Assembly: GCA_963790475.1 (NCBI GenBank)
Contig: CAWBOS010000012.1
Span: 1,312,001-1,376,000, forward strand
DNA: 64,000 nt
Direction: 5' to 3'
Source: an uncultured delta proteobacterium
GTDB lineage: Bacteria > Desulfobacterota > RBG-13-43-22
Positions within the stretch are counted from its first letter, which is position 1; each line of letters opens with the position of its first letter. This document shows positions 9,731-21,532 of the stretch, one piece after another. A program made the translations under genes and the position numbers. A model generated the notes under the pieces. That model was not told the DNA's origin. It saw only the letters and a list, made by a program, of their open reading frames with translations, and searched no databases.

Positions 9731-9847
9731 TTCTTGTCGTAACTATTTGATATCGCGTCTTCCATGCTTTCTAACTGCGGAAGATGGGCTAGGACCGTTG
9801 CACTTAAAGAGCACCCGCCTTCGGCGGATTAGAGGCAAACAATAGTT

Positions 9848-9873
9848 GCCTTAAGCCTTAAGCGTAGCGCTCC
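9848..9873. repeat. 7-bp array directly after the larE stop
   Basis: gccttaa-gccttaa-gcgtagc. Confidence 0.5.
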
Positions 9874-10713
9874 TCAAGCCCGGTCCTTGTTCCGGGCGAT
9901 CCTTAATCTAGATTTCAGCCCTTCATCCATACTCCCCGAACGAAATCCTTTTAGATCAAGGGTAATATAGGTGAACCCCAAGACTGAAAGACGGGTTATC
10001 AGATCGTATTTTTTCTCGAGGTCAATAATCAAAGGCAGTTGATCCTCAGGAATCTCAATTCTAACTAAGGAACCATGAACCCTGAGGCGGCATTCACTAA
10101 ACCCCATTTGATGCAGAACCTCTTCCCCTTTGGCCAGACGTTTGAGCAAAGGGAGGGTAATTGCCTGGCCGTAGGCGACTCGGGTGGCCATACAGGGGGA
10201 TGAGGGCTGATTCCAGGTGGGTAAACCAAAAACCCGACTGACTTCGCGAATTTCTTTTTTTGTCCAATCCAATAAAGCAAACGGGCTGATAATATTGCCT
10301 TCTATTGAAGCACGGATCCCCGGACGATAACTCTTGAGGTCATCGGCATTGGTTCCATCGAGAAAGAATTTAATCCCCTTTTGGTTTAAAAAAGGGCGGG
10401 CCTGTATAATTCGGGATTTTTTGCAATAATAGCACCGGGTCGGCGAATTTTTTCTAAATCTCAAATCCAGATATTCCCTGGTTTTCAGCCAATGCAGTCG
10501 GACCTTCAGGAACCCGGTCAACTCTTGAATCCTGTCCCGTTCCTTGGCTGTTAACAAAGGGGAGGTAAACGAAACGGCTAAAGGGGGTTCGGGCCAAGCC
10601 TCCCGGGCCAGATATAAAAGGAGGGTACTGTCCACACCACCGGAGAAGGCAATAGCACCAGGTTGATATTGTTTAAGGGTCTTGATCAGGCTTTTAGTTT
10701 TGGAAGTAGACAT
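9874..10713 (-). CDS. larE: LarE-family ATP-dependent sulfur transferase
   Basis: PP-loop AFSGGVDS, RCYYCK, DGTNADD, RPG, SPCMATR, GFRSGSM. Confidence 0.9.
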   Translation of the reverse strand: MSTSKTKSLIKTLKQYQPGAIAFSGGVDSTLLLYLAREAWPEPPLAVSFTSPLLTAKERDRIQELTGFLKVRLHWLKTREYLDLRFRKNSPTRCYYCKKSRIIQARPFLNQKGIKFFLDGTNADDLKSYRPGIRASIEGNIISPFALLDWTKKEIREVSRVFGLPTWNQPSSPCMATRVAYGQAITLPLLKRLAKGEEVLHQMGFSECRLRVHGSLVRIEIPEDQLPLIIDLEKKYDLITRLSVLGFTYITLDLKGFRSGSMDEGLKSRLRIARNKDRA

Positions 10714-10750
10714 GGTTCCTTCAAAGATCCGAGGAGGACAAGGGTAAAAC

Positions 10751-10845
10751 AGCTTTTAGGTTATGGGCTATAGGATATGAACTACCGGTTTATCGGTTAT
10801 CGGTCATTGCGGTTTCGAGTCTTTGGCCTCTTGCCGAATGCCCGC
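10751..10845. repeat. 7-bp arrays in the acuB-larE spacer
   Basis: agctttt-aggttat-gggctat-aggatat; 10757-10774 is 17/18 identical to 35510-35527; also cggttat-cggtcat. Confidence 0.7.
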
Positions 10846-10854
10846 TTTTTTGTT

Positions 10855-11454
10855 TTATTCCTCCGAAGAGATGACCTTATGTCCTTTCTTCCCCAGGGCC
10901 TGGATTATCGGCTCCACGGGACAACGCTTTAAGCGGAACAGATAGGTTTTTTTGGACCCTTTGCCCATCATTCCCACGCTGATGATTTGCCCTCCTTTCT
11001 GTTGGATGATGCCCGAAGCCTCCTCGAAGGCTTTGGGTCGGGCGGCCAGCTGGATATCCAGTCGGGAACTGGCCTCCAAGACCCCCATCAACTGGATAAA
11101 AGCGGTCAGAATATCAGGTGTGGTCAATATCCCTACTAATTTTCCTTTGTCGACCACCGGAAGCCCACTAATTTTGTATCGGTAAATTAACCGGGCGGCC
11201 TCTTCCAGAGATTCTTCCGGACCGATGGTCACCGGGTTATTGATCATGACCTGGTCAAGACGCATTTCTTCCAGAAGAGAGGGCATCATGACTTGCCGAA
11301 GATCACTCTCGGTAATCAACCCCATCAGGATTTTATCCTCGACCACGGGAAGATGCCTGATGGAATATTTTTTCATCAAGGCCAAGGCTTCCACGATATG
11401 GCCATTTTTAGAAATGGTCACCACTTTCTTGATCATCCAATTTTTGACTTGCAT
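10855..11454 (-). CDS. CBS-pair plus ACT domain protein (AcuB-like)
   Basis: IRHLPVV and ISGLPVV CBS motifs; C-terminal ACT-like domain. Confidence 0.85.
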   Translation of the reverse strand: MQVKNWMIKKVVTISKNGHIVEALALMKKYSIRHLPVVEDKILMGLITESDLRQVMMPSLLEEMRLDQVMINNPVTIGPEESLEEAARLIYRYKISGLPVVDKGKLVGILTTPDILTAFIQLMGVLEASSRLDIQLAARPKAFEEASGIIQQKGGQIISVGMMGKGSKKTYLFRLKRCPVEPIIQALGKKGHKVISSEE

Positions 11455-11649
11455 CGGCCCTCCTTTGTTGTAAAAGGGTTCCAGAATTCCAGAATTCAAC
11501 GGTTAATCAGACAAGAGGCATGAGCCCACAGTAAAAAAAGATTAAAAATCCTATCGCCTATGGCAGGATAATATATTTTTATTTATTTTTCAAGAGAAAG
11601 GGTATCCCTTAGGTTGACATTTTTTTTGTTTTAGGTTAAGTTCCGGTAA

Positions 11650-13317
<1,668 letters not shown>

Positions 13318-13332
13318 GCGGGAAGAATCCTA

Positions 13333-14164
13333 TTGAAAGAGATACAAATAGGCAATTGGAAGGTCGGAGAGACCACCCCGCTTCTGGTCATTGCCGGACC
13401 CTGTGTCATCGAAGACGAAACGACTACCGTAGCCATTGCCAGGGAACTTCGTGAAATCCGGGACCGCCTGAACATCCCTCTTGTTTTTAAGGCTTCTTAC
13501 GACAAAGCCAATCGAACCTCAATCCACAGTTTTCGAGGGCCTGGCCTGGAAGCCGGGTTGGATCTTATTAGCCTTTATACGGAACCGCTTTGAACTTCCC
13601 GTTCTCTCCGACGTCCATCAAATCAACGAAATTGAAAAGGCCGTTCAGGTCCTGGATGTGATCCAGATACCGGCCTTTTTGTGTCGTCAGACCGATCTAT
13701 TGACTGCCGCGGCTGAAACGGGCCTGCCGGTTAATGTTAAAAAAGGCCAGTTTCTTTCTCCCTGGGACATGCGGTTTGTGGTGGAAAAAATAACTGAAAC
13801 CGGGAATGAACAGGTTTTGATAACCGAAAGGGGGACCTCCTTCGGATATAATAATCTGGTGGTGGACATGAGGTCCTTGCCTATCCTGGCCGGTTTTGGT
13901 TATCCGGTTATCTTCGATGCCACCCACAGTGTCCAACTCCCCGGAGGGGGGGCAGGGAGTTCCGGAGGAGAACGAAAGTTTGTCCCCTATTTGGCCAGAG
14001 CGGCAGTGGCGGCCGGTGTTCAAGGGGTCTTCCTGGAAGTCCATCCGGACCCTGAAAAAGCCCTGTGTGACGGCGCCAATTCCTGGCCTTTGGATCAATT
14101 GGAAGACCTGTTACGAAACCTGATAGAGATTCATGAATTGGTGAAAATGAGTGACAAAATATAA
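13333..14164 (+). CDS. kdsA: KDO 8-phosphate synthase with a +1 frameshift near 13563 (probable sequencing error)
   Basis: IAGPCVIE and KASYDKANRTS in frame 1; QIPAFLCRQT, KKGQF, DATHSVQ in the next frame. Confidence 0.92.
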
Positions 14165-14170
14165 AGATAC

Positions 14171-14233
14171 GGGGAAGTGAGGAAAGTGAGAGACTGAGAA
14201 CTCGAAAAAACGTTCGGCGTTCGGTGTTCGGCG
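14171..14233. repeat. Short tandem arrays (about 8-bp, then 7-bp) after kdsA
   Basis: gaagtgaggaaagtgagagactgaga; cgttcgg-cgttcgg-tgttcgg. Confidence 0.7.
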
Positions 14234-14293
14234 AATAATACACTCGGGAATCTTTAGTATGAAGAACTTCATACCGATAATATAAGGAAGCCT

Positions 14294-14845
14294 TTGAATC
14301 AGAAAATTATCCATCAAAAAGCCCAAAAAATAAGGTTACTCCTTCTCGATGTGGACGGAATTCTGACGGACGGCCGAATTTTTTACGGAGAGAAAGGCCG
14401 GGAGATGAAGTGCTTTCATGTTCATGACGGTCAGGGAATTCGCTGGCTCCTTAAAGAAGGAATTAAGGTGGGTTTTCTTTCCGGACGTTCCTCCGGGGCT
14501 GTTGAAATGAGGGCCAAAGATTTGGGTATTTCCTTTCTTTTTCAAGGGATCAAGGATAAAATGGTCATTTATAGAGAACTTCTTCAAACAGCAAACCTCG
14601 AACCGGACCAGGTGTCTTTCATGGGGGATGATTTTATCGATCTTCGGCTGCTTCAAAAGGTAGGCCTTTCGGTCAGTGTGCATAATGGACATCCCCTGGT
14701 TCAAAAAGAGGTGGATTATGTCACCCAAGCGGCCGGAGGTTTTGGGGCTGTTCGGGAAGTGTCCGAATTGATCTTAAAGGCCCAAGGGAAATGGGATTCC
14801 ATCCTGAGAGACTATGGGTTAAAAAATAAAGACGGAAACCATTGA
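14294..14845 (+). CDS. kdsC: KDO 8-phosphate phosphatase (HAD)
   Basis: LDVDGILTDG, GDD..D, GGFGAVRE. Confidence 0.93.
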   Translation: MNQKIIHQKAQKIRLLLLDVDGILTDGRIFYGEKGREMKCFHVHDGQGIRWLLKEGIKVGFLSGRSSGAVEMRAKDLGISFLFQGIKDKMVIYRELLQTANLEPDQVSFMGDDFIDLRLLQKVGLSVSVHNGHPLVQKEVDYVTQAAGGFGAVREVSELILKAQGKWDSILRDYGLKNKDGNH

Positions 14846-15041
14846 CCATGGAGAAGGATTTGATTATAGTTATCAATAGATCTAAGATTGAAAGCCCTTT
14901 AGTGGGATCAATTGTTAATCAAGGTGGCCAATCAGGAGACCATTAGGGCCGCCCCCGCATTTCTCCCGATCCCCCAAAGATGGAATCCTTTTGAAGAAGG
15001 GTGAGGGGAGGTATTTTAGGGTGGCGGTTTCAACCACCTGA

Positions 15042-15644
15042 ATGTTTGCAAAAACAGAGGCCCATTTGATTAATACCAAAAAATTAAAAAGTATCCTGAT
15101 CATTGGCATTCTTTGCGTAGTTGCTTTCTGGATAGGATTGTACGCCTTCAGGACTCAGAAGCCGGCAACTCCGGTGCCCAAGGTTAGCAACGCCGGGAGC
15201 GGCCCCGGTCAGGTAGGACTGCAGGAAATCAATTTTGTGCAAGTTAAGGACGGGGTCAAGCTGTGGGAACTGAAGGCCGAGGCGGTTGAATATCAACAAC
15301 CGAAGAACCTGGTTTCTTTTAAAAAGGTTACCCTGACCTATTTTCCTAAAGGTGACCAGCCGATCACCCTGGTGGGGAATCTGGGTAATTTCGATACCCA
15401 AACGAAAAATATTTTCATTGAAGGGGAGGTGGTTATTTCAACCCCGGAAGGTTATGAACTTAAGGTCCCTTTCCTTCATTATCGGGATGACATCAGGGAA
15501 GTCTCTTCGGAGGGGACGTTCACCCTCAAAAGTCGGGCCATTTTATTAGATGGTCAGGGGATGACTATGAATCTTGATTCTCAGAAGGTATGGGTGAAAA
15601 GAAAAGTTAGAATGACGCTTTATCATTCTTTTCTCAAGTCTTGA
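15042..15644 (+). CDS. lptC: LPS export protein LptC
   Basis: N-terminal TM, beta-jellyroll, operon position. Confidence 0.8.
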   Translation: MFAKTEAHLINTKKLKSILIIGILCVVAFWIGLYAFRTQKPATPVPKVSNAGSGPGQVGLQEINFVQVKDGVKLWELKAEAVEYQQPKNLVSFKKVTLTYFPKGDQPITLVGNLGNFDTQTKNIFIEGEVVISTPEGYELKVPFLHYRDDIREVSSEGTFTLKSRAILLDGQGMTMNLDSQKVWVKRKVRMTLYHSFLKS

Positions 15645-15658
15645 GAGGGGGGACGGGT

Positions 15659-16241
15659 ATGTCAGAATTAAGGAGGGCACTCCTTTTTCTCATGGGTTTT
15701 ATCTTGATAGGGTCAGGGTTTTGGGGGCCTACGGGGGTGCAGGGGAAAAACACGGAATCCTCAGACGCCGACCATCCTATCATCACCACCGCAGATACCT
15801 TGGAATTAGACAACAAAAATAAAACAGCCACCTTTACGGGAAACGTTGTGGCCAGGCAGGAACAAAAAGGGAAAGACCCCATTATTATTTATTGCAGATA
15901 AAATGGTGATTTATTCCTCCGAAGAATCCGGGAAGAAACCTTCTTCCTCCAAGTCTAAAGGAAATGAGAAAAAGAACCTGGAGCAACAAAACCAGGTGGA
16001 CAAGATAGTGGCCACCGGTCAGGTCAAGGTGGTCCAAGGAAAAAATGTGGCGACCGGTGAATCGGCTGTTTTTACCAATGTCGACCAACGGATCGTCTTG
16101 TCGGGTAAGGCTGAATTTTGGCAGGGAAAGAATTTGATCAAAGGAGAAGAAATAACGGTTTGGATAAAGGAAGATAGGGCATTGGTCACCAGCAAGGGGT
16201 CGAACCGGGTGCGGGCTGTTATATATCAAGAAGAGAAATGA
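15659..16241 (+). CDS. lptA: LPS transport periplasmic protein LptA with a +1 frameshift near 15896 (probable sequencing error)
   Basis: Signal peptide, ITTADTL..ATFTGNVVARQ in frame 1; DKM..IVATGQV..IVLSG..IKGEEI in frame 2. Confidence 0.85.
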
Positions 16242-16265
16242 AGACCTGTTAATGATAAGAGCATA

Positions 16266-16991
16266 ATGAAACAGTTAGTCGTTCAGGACCTGGTCAAAAT
16301 CTATCATAGAAAACCGGTGGTCAACAAAGTCAATTTGCATTTGACCGAGGGGGAGATTGTCGGTCTATTGGGGCCGAATGGCGCAGGTAAGACGACGACC
16401 TTTTATATGATTGTCGGACTGACCCATCCCGATCAGGGAACCATCTTGTTGAATGAGGAGGATATCAGTGAACTCCCCATGTATCTTAGGGCCCGGAAAG
16501 GAATCAATTATCTTCCTCAGGAACCTTCGGTTTTTACCCGGCTTACGGTGGCTGAAAACATAATGGGTATTTTGGAAACCCTGGATATTTCATCGGTCGA
16601 GAGGGAAGCCCGTTTGGCCGGTCTTCTTCAGGAACTTAAGTTGGCCCATCTGGCCCATCACAAAGCTTTTTCACTATCCGGTGGGGAACGCAGGCGGGTG
16701 GAGATTACCCGGGCTTTAGTCACCTCACCCTCTTTTATCTTGCTTGATGAACCATTCGCCGGGATCGATCCTTTGGCTATCAATGATATCCAGAACATCA
16801 TTGAGACCCTGAAATGTAAGAATATTGGAATCCTCATTTCCGATCACAATGTTCGGGAAACCCTATCAGTATGTGATCGGGCCTATATCATTAACGAGGG
16901 GGTGGTCCTGGAAGAGGGGACTCCCCAGGAGTTGGCTGTAAGTGAGATGGCCAAAAGAATTTATCTCGGAGAAAAGTTTCAATTACCCTGA
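16266..16991 (+). CDS. lptB: LPS export ABC ATPase
   Basis: GPNGAGKTT, LSGGERRRVE, LLDEPFAGIDP. Confidence 0.97.
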   Translation: MKQLVVQDLVKIYHRKPVVNKVNLHLTEGEIVGLLGPNGAGKTTTFYMIVGLTHPDQGTILLNEEDISELPMYLRARKGINYLPQEPSVFTRLTVAENIMGILETLDISSVEREARLAGLLQELKLAHLAHHKAFSLSGGERRRVEITRALVTSPSFILLDEPFAGIDPLAINDIQNIIETLKCKNIGILISDHNVRETLSVCDRAYIINEGVVLEEGTPQELAVSEMAKRIYLGEKFQLP

Positions 16992-18496
16992 TGGCTTTAG
17001 AAATCAAACAACAACTTAAGCTGAGCCAGCAGTTGATTATGACCCCTCAACTGCAACAGGCGATTAAACTGCTGCAACTGTCCCGGTTGGAGCTCCTGGA
17101 AAACCTCCATCAGGAATTGGAGACCAATCCGATTTTGGAAGAGGCCTTGAGCGAGGAACCGGAGCCTACCCAGATTGAAAAGGCTCCGGGGGAAGCGGAA
17201 ACCGAGCCGGAAGACCGGCAAACCGAAGTGACTATCGGGGAACAGGCCTTTGAAGGTACGGATTGGGATAATTATATCAACGACTACTACACTCCTCGCA
17301 GTGAAGACATTTCAGAAGACCGTGACCAGTCTTCCTATGAGAATATGGTATCCAAAAAGACTTCGTTGACCGACCATCTGATGTGGCAGTTGTCCCTTTC
17401 CAATTTGACCCCGGAAGAAGAATACGTGGGATCCGAGATTATCGGAAATTTGGATGTGAACGGTTATCTGTCGGCTTCCCTGGAAGAGATTTCCCAAAGT
17501 ACCCACAAAGAGATTGCTTTGGTGGAAAAGGTTTTGATGCGTATCCAGGAGTTTGATCCCCTGGGAGTGGGCTCCCGGGACCTCAAGGAGTGCCTGCTGA
17601 TCCAGGCCCATTACCTGAAGAGTCAAAATCCCTGGGTGGATTCGATTATCGTGGACCACTTGAATTCTCTGGAAACCAAAAATTACCAGGCCATTGCCCG
17701 AACCTTACAGGCCCCGATCGAAGAAATTATTCAGGCTATCGAAATTATTTTACATCTGGACCCCAAACCGGGCCGGGCTTATAGCGATGAAGAGCCTCAA
17801 TATATCAGTCCCGATATTTATGTTTATAAAATAGGAGATGAGGTTCATATTGTCTTGAATGAAGACGGCCTTCCTCGTTTGAGGATCAATTCCTTTTATA
17901 AACAGGCCTTGGATCATCGGGGATCCGTTTCGGAAGCCACCCGGGATTATATTCAGGAAAAATTGCGGTCGGCCATATGGTTAATCAAGAGTATTCATCA
18001 ACGGCAACGTACTATTTACCGGGTGGCTGAAAGCATTTTTAGATTTCAACGGGAATTTTTGGATCAGGGGGTGGCCTATCTAAAACCCTTGATCTTAAGG
18101 GACGTTGCTGAAGAGGTCCAGATGCATGAATCGACTATCAGCCGGGTAACCACCAACAAGTATGTCCACACTCCCCAGGGAATTTTTGAATTGAAATTTT
18201 TCTTTAACAGTTCGGTCCCCGGGGCTAATGGAGAAACGGTTGCTTCGGAAAGCGTCAAGGAAAAGATACGTCTTTTGATAGCTCACGAGGATCCGGCCCA
18301 CCCTTTGAGTGATCAGGAACTCACCGAACACCTGTTGAAACAAAGTATATATATTGCCCGCCGTACGGTGGCCAAGTATCGGGAAGCCTTAAGGGTTCTT
18401 CCGTCCAATAAGCGAAAAAATATCCCTATCCAGGATTGGATTCGCTCCCAAAAAATGGAAGTTGAAAAAGAAAAAATGACGGAAAAAGAAGAATAA
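16991..18496 (+). CDS. rpoN: RNA polymerase sigma-54 factor
   Basis: TPQLQQAIKLLQ, HESTISR, ARRTVAKYR box. Confidence 0.98.
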   Translation: MALEIKQQLKLSQQLIMTPQLQQAIKLLQLSRLELLENLHQELETNPILEEALSEEPEPTQIEKAPGEAETEPEDRQTEVTIGEQAFEGTDWDNYINDYYTPRSEDISEDRDQSSYENMVSKKTSLTDHLMWQLSLSNLTPEEEYVGSEIIGNLDVNGYLSASLEEISQSTHKEIALVEKVLMRIQEFDPLGVGSRDLKECLLIQAHYLKSQNPWVDSIIVDHLNSLETKNYQAIARTLQAPIEEIIQAIEIILHLDPKPGRAYSDEEPQYISPDIYVYKIGDEVHIVLNEDGLPRLRINSFYKQALDHRGSVSEATRDYIQEKLRSAIWLIKSIHQRQRTIYRVAESIFRFQREFLDQGVAYLKPLILRDVAEEVQMHESTISRVTTNKYVHTPQGIFELKFFFNSSVPGANGETVASESVKEKIRLLIAHEDPAHPLSDQELTEHLLKQSIYIARRTVAKYREALRVLPSNKRKNIPIQDWIRSQKMEVEKEKMTEKEE

Positions 18497-18515
18497 CGGA
18501 CCAGAGGAGGTCAAT

Positions 18516-19058
18516 ATGCAAATTTCTGTATCCTTCCGGAATGTAGATCCATCAGATCATTTGAAAAGCTATGCGGAAACTCGAATGGCGCGTTTTAAGA
18601 AATATATGGAAGAACCGGTTGAAATTCACCTGGTCCTTTCCATTCAAAAATTCAGGCATACGGCCGATGTGACTATTTCGGCAAACGGGGTAAAGATCAA
18701 GGCCCAGGAAGAAACGGGCGACTTATATTCGGCCATCGATATGGTTTTGGATAAAATTGAAAAACAAATCAAAAGACATCGGGAGAAGATCAAAGAACAT
18801 AAGGCCAATGGAAAGACCAAGGGTCAGCAGGAAGTGAAGAAAAGCCAGGGAGAGGGAGAGCCCGAGGAAGATGATTCTCCCCAGATTGTGAAGACCGAAA
18901 GTATCTTGGCCAAGCCTATGGATGCGGAAGAAGCCTCTTTGCAACTGAAACTGTCGACCGATGAATTCCTGGTTTTTACCAATTCCAAAACCCGACTGAT
19001 TAATGTTATGTATCGCCGGAAGGATGGAAATTTTGGATTGATCGAGCCCACCAGTTGA
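18516..19058 (+). CDS. hpf: Long ribosome hibernation factor HPF/RaiA
   Basis: DLYSAID..KIEKQ; C-terminal KPM..EEA..YRRKDG. Confidence 0.93.
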   Translation: MQISVSFRNVDPSDHLKSYAETRMARFKKYMEEPVEIHLVLSIQKFRHTADVTISANGVKIKAQEETGDLYSAIDMVLDKIEKQIKRHREKIKEHKANGKTKGQQEVKKSQGEGEPEEDDSPQIVKTESILAKPMDAEEASLQLKLSTDEFLVFTNSKTRLINVMYRRKDGNFGLIEPTS

Positions 19059-19064
19059 CCTTTT

Positions 19065-19141
19065 GCTCAAAGCTTAAGGTTTAAAAACAGACAGGTAAAG
19101 GCCGAATGGTTGCCTTGAGCTTTCAGCGCTCAACCTTGAGC
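19065..19141. repeat. Inverted 7-bp arrays in the hpf-ptsN spacer
   Basis: gctcaaa-gcttaag-gtttaaa / ccttgag-ctttcag-cgctcaa-ccttgag; 13/15 inverted match. Confidence 0.75.
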
Positions 19142-19179
19142 GTTAATCGAGTTTGGATTTTGGCTCGAGTAGGAAACTT

Positions 19180-19641
19180 ATGAAAATATGCCAATATTTA
19201 CCCTCCGAATTGATCGTGCCGGATTTGAAGGCGCTGAATAAAGAAGGGGTTCTGACGGAACTGGCCGATTTGATCGTTGATCATGTCCCCGGCATGAATA
19301 CCGGAGAGGTTCTCCAGGTCTTGCTGGACCGGGAACGTCTGGGCAGTACCGGAATCGGTGAGGGGTTTGCCATTCCTCATGGAAAATTAAAAACCCTTGA
19401 GAAAATGGTCATCGCTTTCGGCCGTTCCCGTCAGGGGGTCCCCTTTGATTCCCTGGATGGGAAAGCGGCTTTTTATTTTTTTGTTTTAATAGCCCCGGAA
19501 GATTCCGCCGGACTTCATTTAAAGGCCCTGGCCAAAATTTCCCGTTTTTTGAAAAACAGCGCTTTCAAAGAGAGTCTTTCCCAGGCTTCTGACCGAGAAG
19601 CATTACAGAAGGTTATTCAGGAACAGGATAATCTAACGTGA
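19180..19641 (+). CDS. ptsN: PTS EIIA-Ntr
   Basis: RERLGSTGIG..AIPH, HLKALA. Confidence 0.93.
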   Translation: MKICQYLPSELIVPDLKALNKEGVLTELADLIVDHVPGMNTGEVLQVLLDRERLGSTGIGEGFAIPHGKLKTLEKMVIAFGRSRQGVPFDSLDGKAAFYFFVLIAPEDSAGLHLKALAKISRFLKNSAFKESLSQASDREALQKVIQEQDNLT

Positions 19642-19667
19642 ACTGTGTCACTTTTTTGGGGAACTGA

Positions 19668-20540
19668 ATGTCGCAAAAAAGTATCCGACTGGTGGTTATT
19701 ACCGGGTTGTCCGGATCGGGCAAGAGTACGGCCCTGAAGGCCTTTGAGGATATCGGCTTTTTTTGCATCGACAATCTGCCCGCCACCCTGCTTCCTCGAT
19801 TCCTGGAACTAAGGGATCAGATATCCCGGGAGGTCTTTAAAATCGCCCTGGTCATGGACCTTAGGGGAAAAGATTTTTTAGCCAACTTCCCAAAGATTTT
19901 CCAGGAAGTCAAACGCAAAGGTAATATCGTCGAAGTTTTATTTTTGGAGGCCGATGAAGAAATATTAATCCGCCGCTACAGTCAGACCCGGCGCCATCAT
20001 CCCCTCGGAGACCATAGGATTCTTTCGGTCACTATTCGATTGGAAAGAAAGAAAATGGAACCGATCAAACGGTTGGCGACCTACCGTCTGGACACCAGCC
20101 ATCTCAATGTTCATCAACTCCGCGAGGAGATCATTCGACTTTTCTCCAAAGTGGCCCGGCCGGTCAAAATGACCATGAACCTGATTTCTTTCGGTTATAA
20201 ATACGGCCTGCCCAATGAAGCCGATATCGTTATGGACGTGCGTTTTCTGCCTAACCCCTTTTTCGTCACGGAGTTGAAGGAATTGGACGGGAATCAGAAA
20301 CCGGTGATCGAATACGTGATGAAATGGAAAGAGACCAAGATTTTTTTAAAAGACTTTTACGAATTGATCTCTTTTCTGATCCCTCAATATCAGAAGGAAG
20401 GAAAATCCCAACTCACCATTGCTGTTGGCTGCACTGGAGGAAGGCATCGTTCGGTTGTCATAGTCAATGCCTTGTCTGAATTTTTAAAAAAGCAAAAGCT
20501 CCTGATCAATGTCCGCCACCGGGATATCCGGTTGGGGTAG
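19668..20540 (+). CDS. rapZ: RNase adapter RapZ
   Basis: GLSGSGKS, DNLP, DVRFLPNP, GCTGGRHRSV. Confidence 0.96.
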   Translation: MSQKSIRLVVITGLSGSGKSTALKAFEDIGFFCIDNLPATLLPRFLELRDQISREVFKIALVMDLRGKDFLANFPKIFQEVKRKGNIVEVLFLEADEEILIRRYSQTRRHHPLGDHRILSVTIRLERKKMEPIKRLATYRLDTSHLNVHQLREEIIRLFSKVARPVKMTMNLISFGYKYGLPNEADIVMDVRFLPNPFFVTELKELDGNQKPVIEYVMKWKETKIFLKDFYELISFLIPQYQKEGKSQLTIAVGCTGGRHRSVVIVNALSEFLKKQKLLINVRHRDIRLG

Positions 20541-20558
20541 TTTGGAGGCAGCAACCCT

Positions 20559-20966
20559 ATGATAGGAATTGTGATTGTAACCCATTGCAATCTGGGTTTG
20601 GAACTCATACGCTCGGCGGAATTTATCGTGGGAAAATTTGGAAAGGCCAGGGCGGTTTCTCTTAATCCGGAGGACCAGGTTGAGGCCCTGCGGGGAAAGA
20701 TTGCCGAGGCCATCGAAAAGATGGATACCGGGGATGGCGTGATTCTTCTTACAGATATGTTTGGGGGAACCCCATCCAATATCAGCCTTTCCTTTTTAGC
20801 CGAAGGGAAGGTTGAGGTGGTAACCGGAGTAAATCTGCCCATGTTGATCGGTTTGGCTTCCAGAAGAGAAGGGAAATCCTTGAACGAGGTTGCCCGGGAG
20901 ATCAAGGATTATGGCCTTAGAAGTATCGCCCTGGCCGGAGAGATCCTCAAAAAGGAGGTCAAGTAA
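20559..20966 (+). CDS. PTS mannose-type EIIA
   Basis: VTH, TDMFGGTPSN, GVNLPML. Confidence 0.92.
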   Translation: MIGIVIVTHCNLGLELIRSAEFIVGKFGKARAVSLNPEDQVEALRGKIAEAIEKMDTGDGVILLTDMFGGTPSNISLSFLAEGKVEVVTGVNLPMLIGLASRREGKSLNEVAREIKDYGLRSIALAGEILKKEVK

Positions 20967-20983
20967 GCGTTAAGGAGTTTTCT

Positions 20984-21424
20984 TTGATCTTTGTTCCCGC
21001 CCTTGTGAATGATTTGCCTGATCTATTGACTATTGAATCAGCGTCATTTGCCCAACCTTGGACGAGAATTGCCTTTCTTTCCGAACTGAGAAAGGTGCCC
21101 CCCAGTCTTTATGTGCTCCGACGAGAAACTTCAACTTGTATTTTAGGATATATTTGTTTTTGGCTGGTGGCCGACGAAATCCAGATGCTCAATCTTGCCG
21201 TCCATCCCGACTACCGGCGACAGGGACTGGGCCGCAAGCTAATGACTTTTCTTTTTACCGTGGCCGAAGAAAAAAGTGTATCAAAAGTGCTGTTAGAGGT
21301 CCGTCCCTCTAACCAGATCGCCATTGCCTTATATCACTCCCTTGGATTTAGAATCCTCTATCGTCGTCCAGGTTATTATGAACCGGAAGGAGAGGATGCC
21401 CTGGTGATGGAATGGTCCGGGTAA
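20984..21424 (+). CDS. rimI: Ribosomal-protein-alanine N-acetyltransferase
   Basis: NLAVHPDYRRQGLG, LEVRPSN, YY..EDA. Confidence 0.9.
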   Translation: MIFVPALVNDLPDLLTIESASFAQPWTRIAFLSELRKVPPSLYVLRRETSTCILGYICFWLVADEIQMLNLAVHPDYRRQGLGRKLMTFLFTVAEEKSVSKVLLEVRPSNQIAIALYHSLGFRILYRRPGYYEPEGEDALVMEWSG

Positions 21425-21532
21425 TTTCTGGTTTGTTTTTATAGGGTTGCTAAATCTTAAGGGAAAAATATTAAAAAAATCCCTTTTTAACTATTTATTT
21501 ATATTTCTGTCTATTATAGGTAATAAGACCAT

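Larger units (their letters stand above)
7806..9788 (+). mobile_element. Complete IS1634-family insertion sequence
   Basis: Perfect 16-bp TIR CCCATCTTCCGCAGTT (7806-7821 / 9773-9788); CTAG on both sides (7802-7805, 9789-9792). Confidence 0.93.

Noticed and set aside
14846-15041. kdsD remnant or tRNA in the kdsC-lptC gap
   Set aside because: No SIS-like translation or cloverleaf; only short REP-like hairpins (e.g. ggtgg-cggtttcaa-ccacc).
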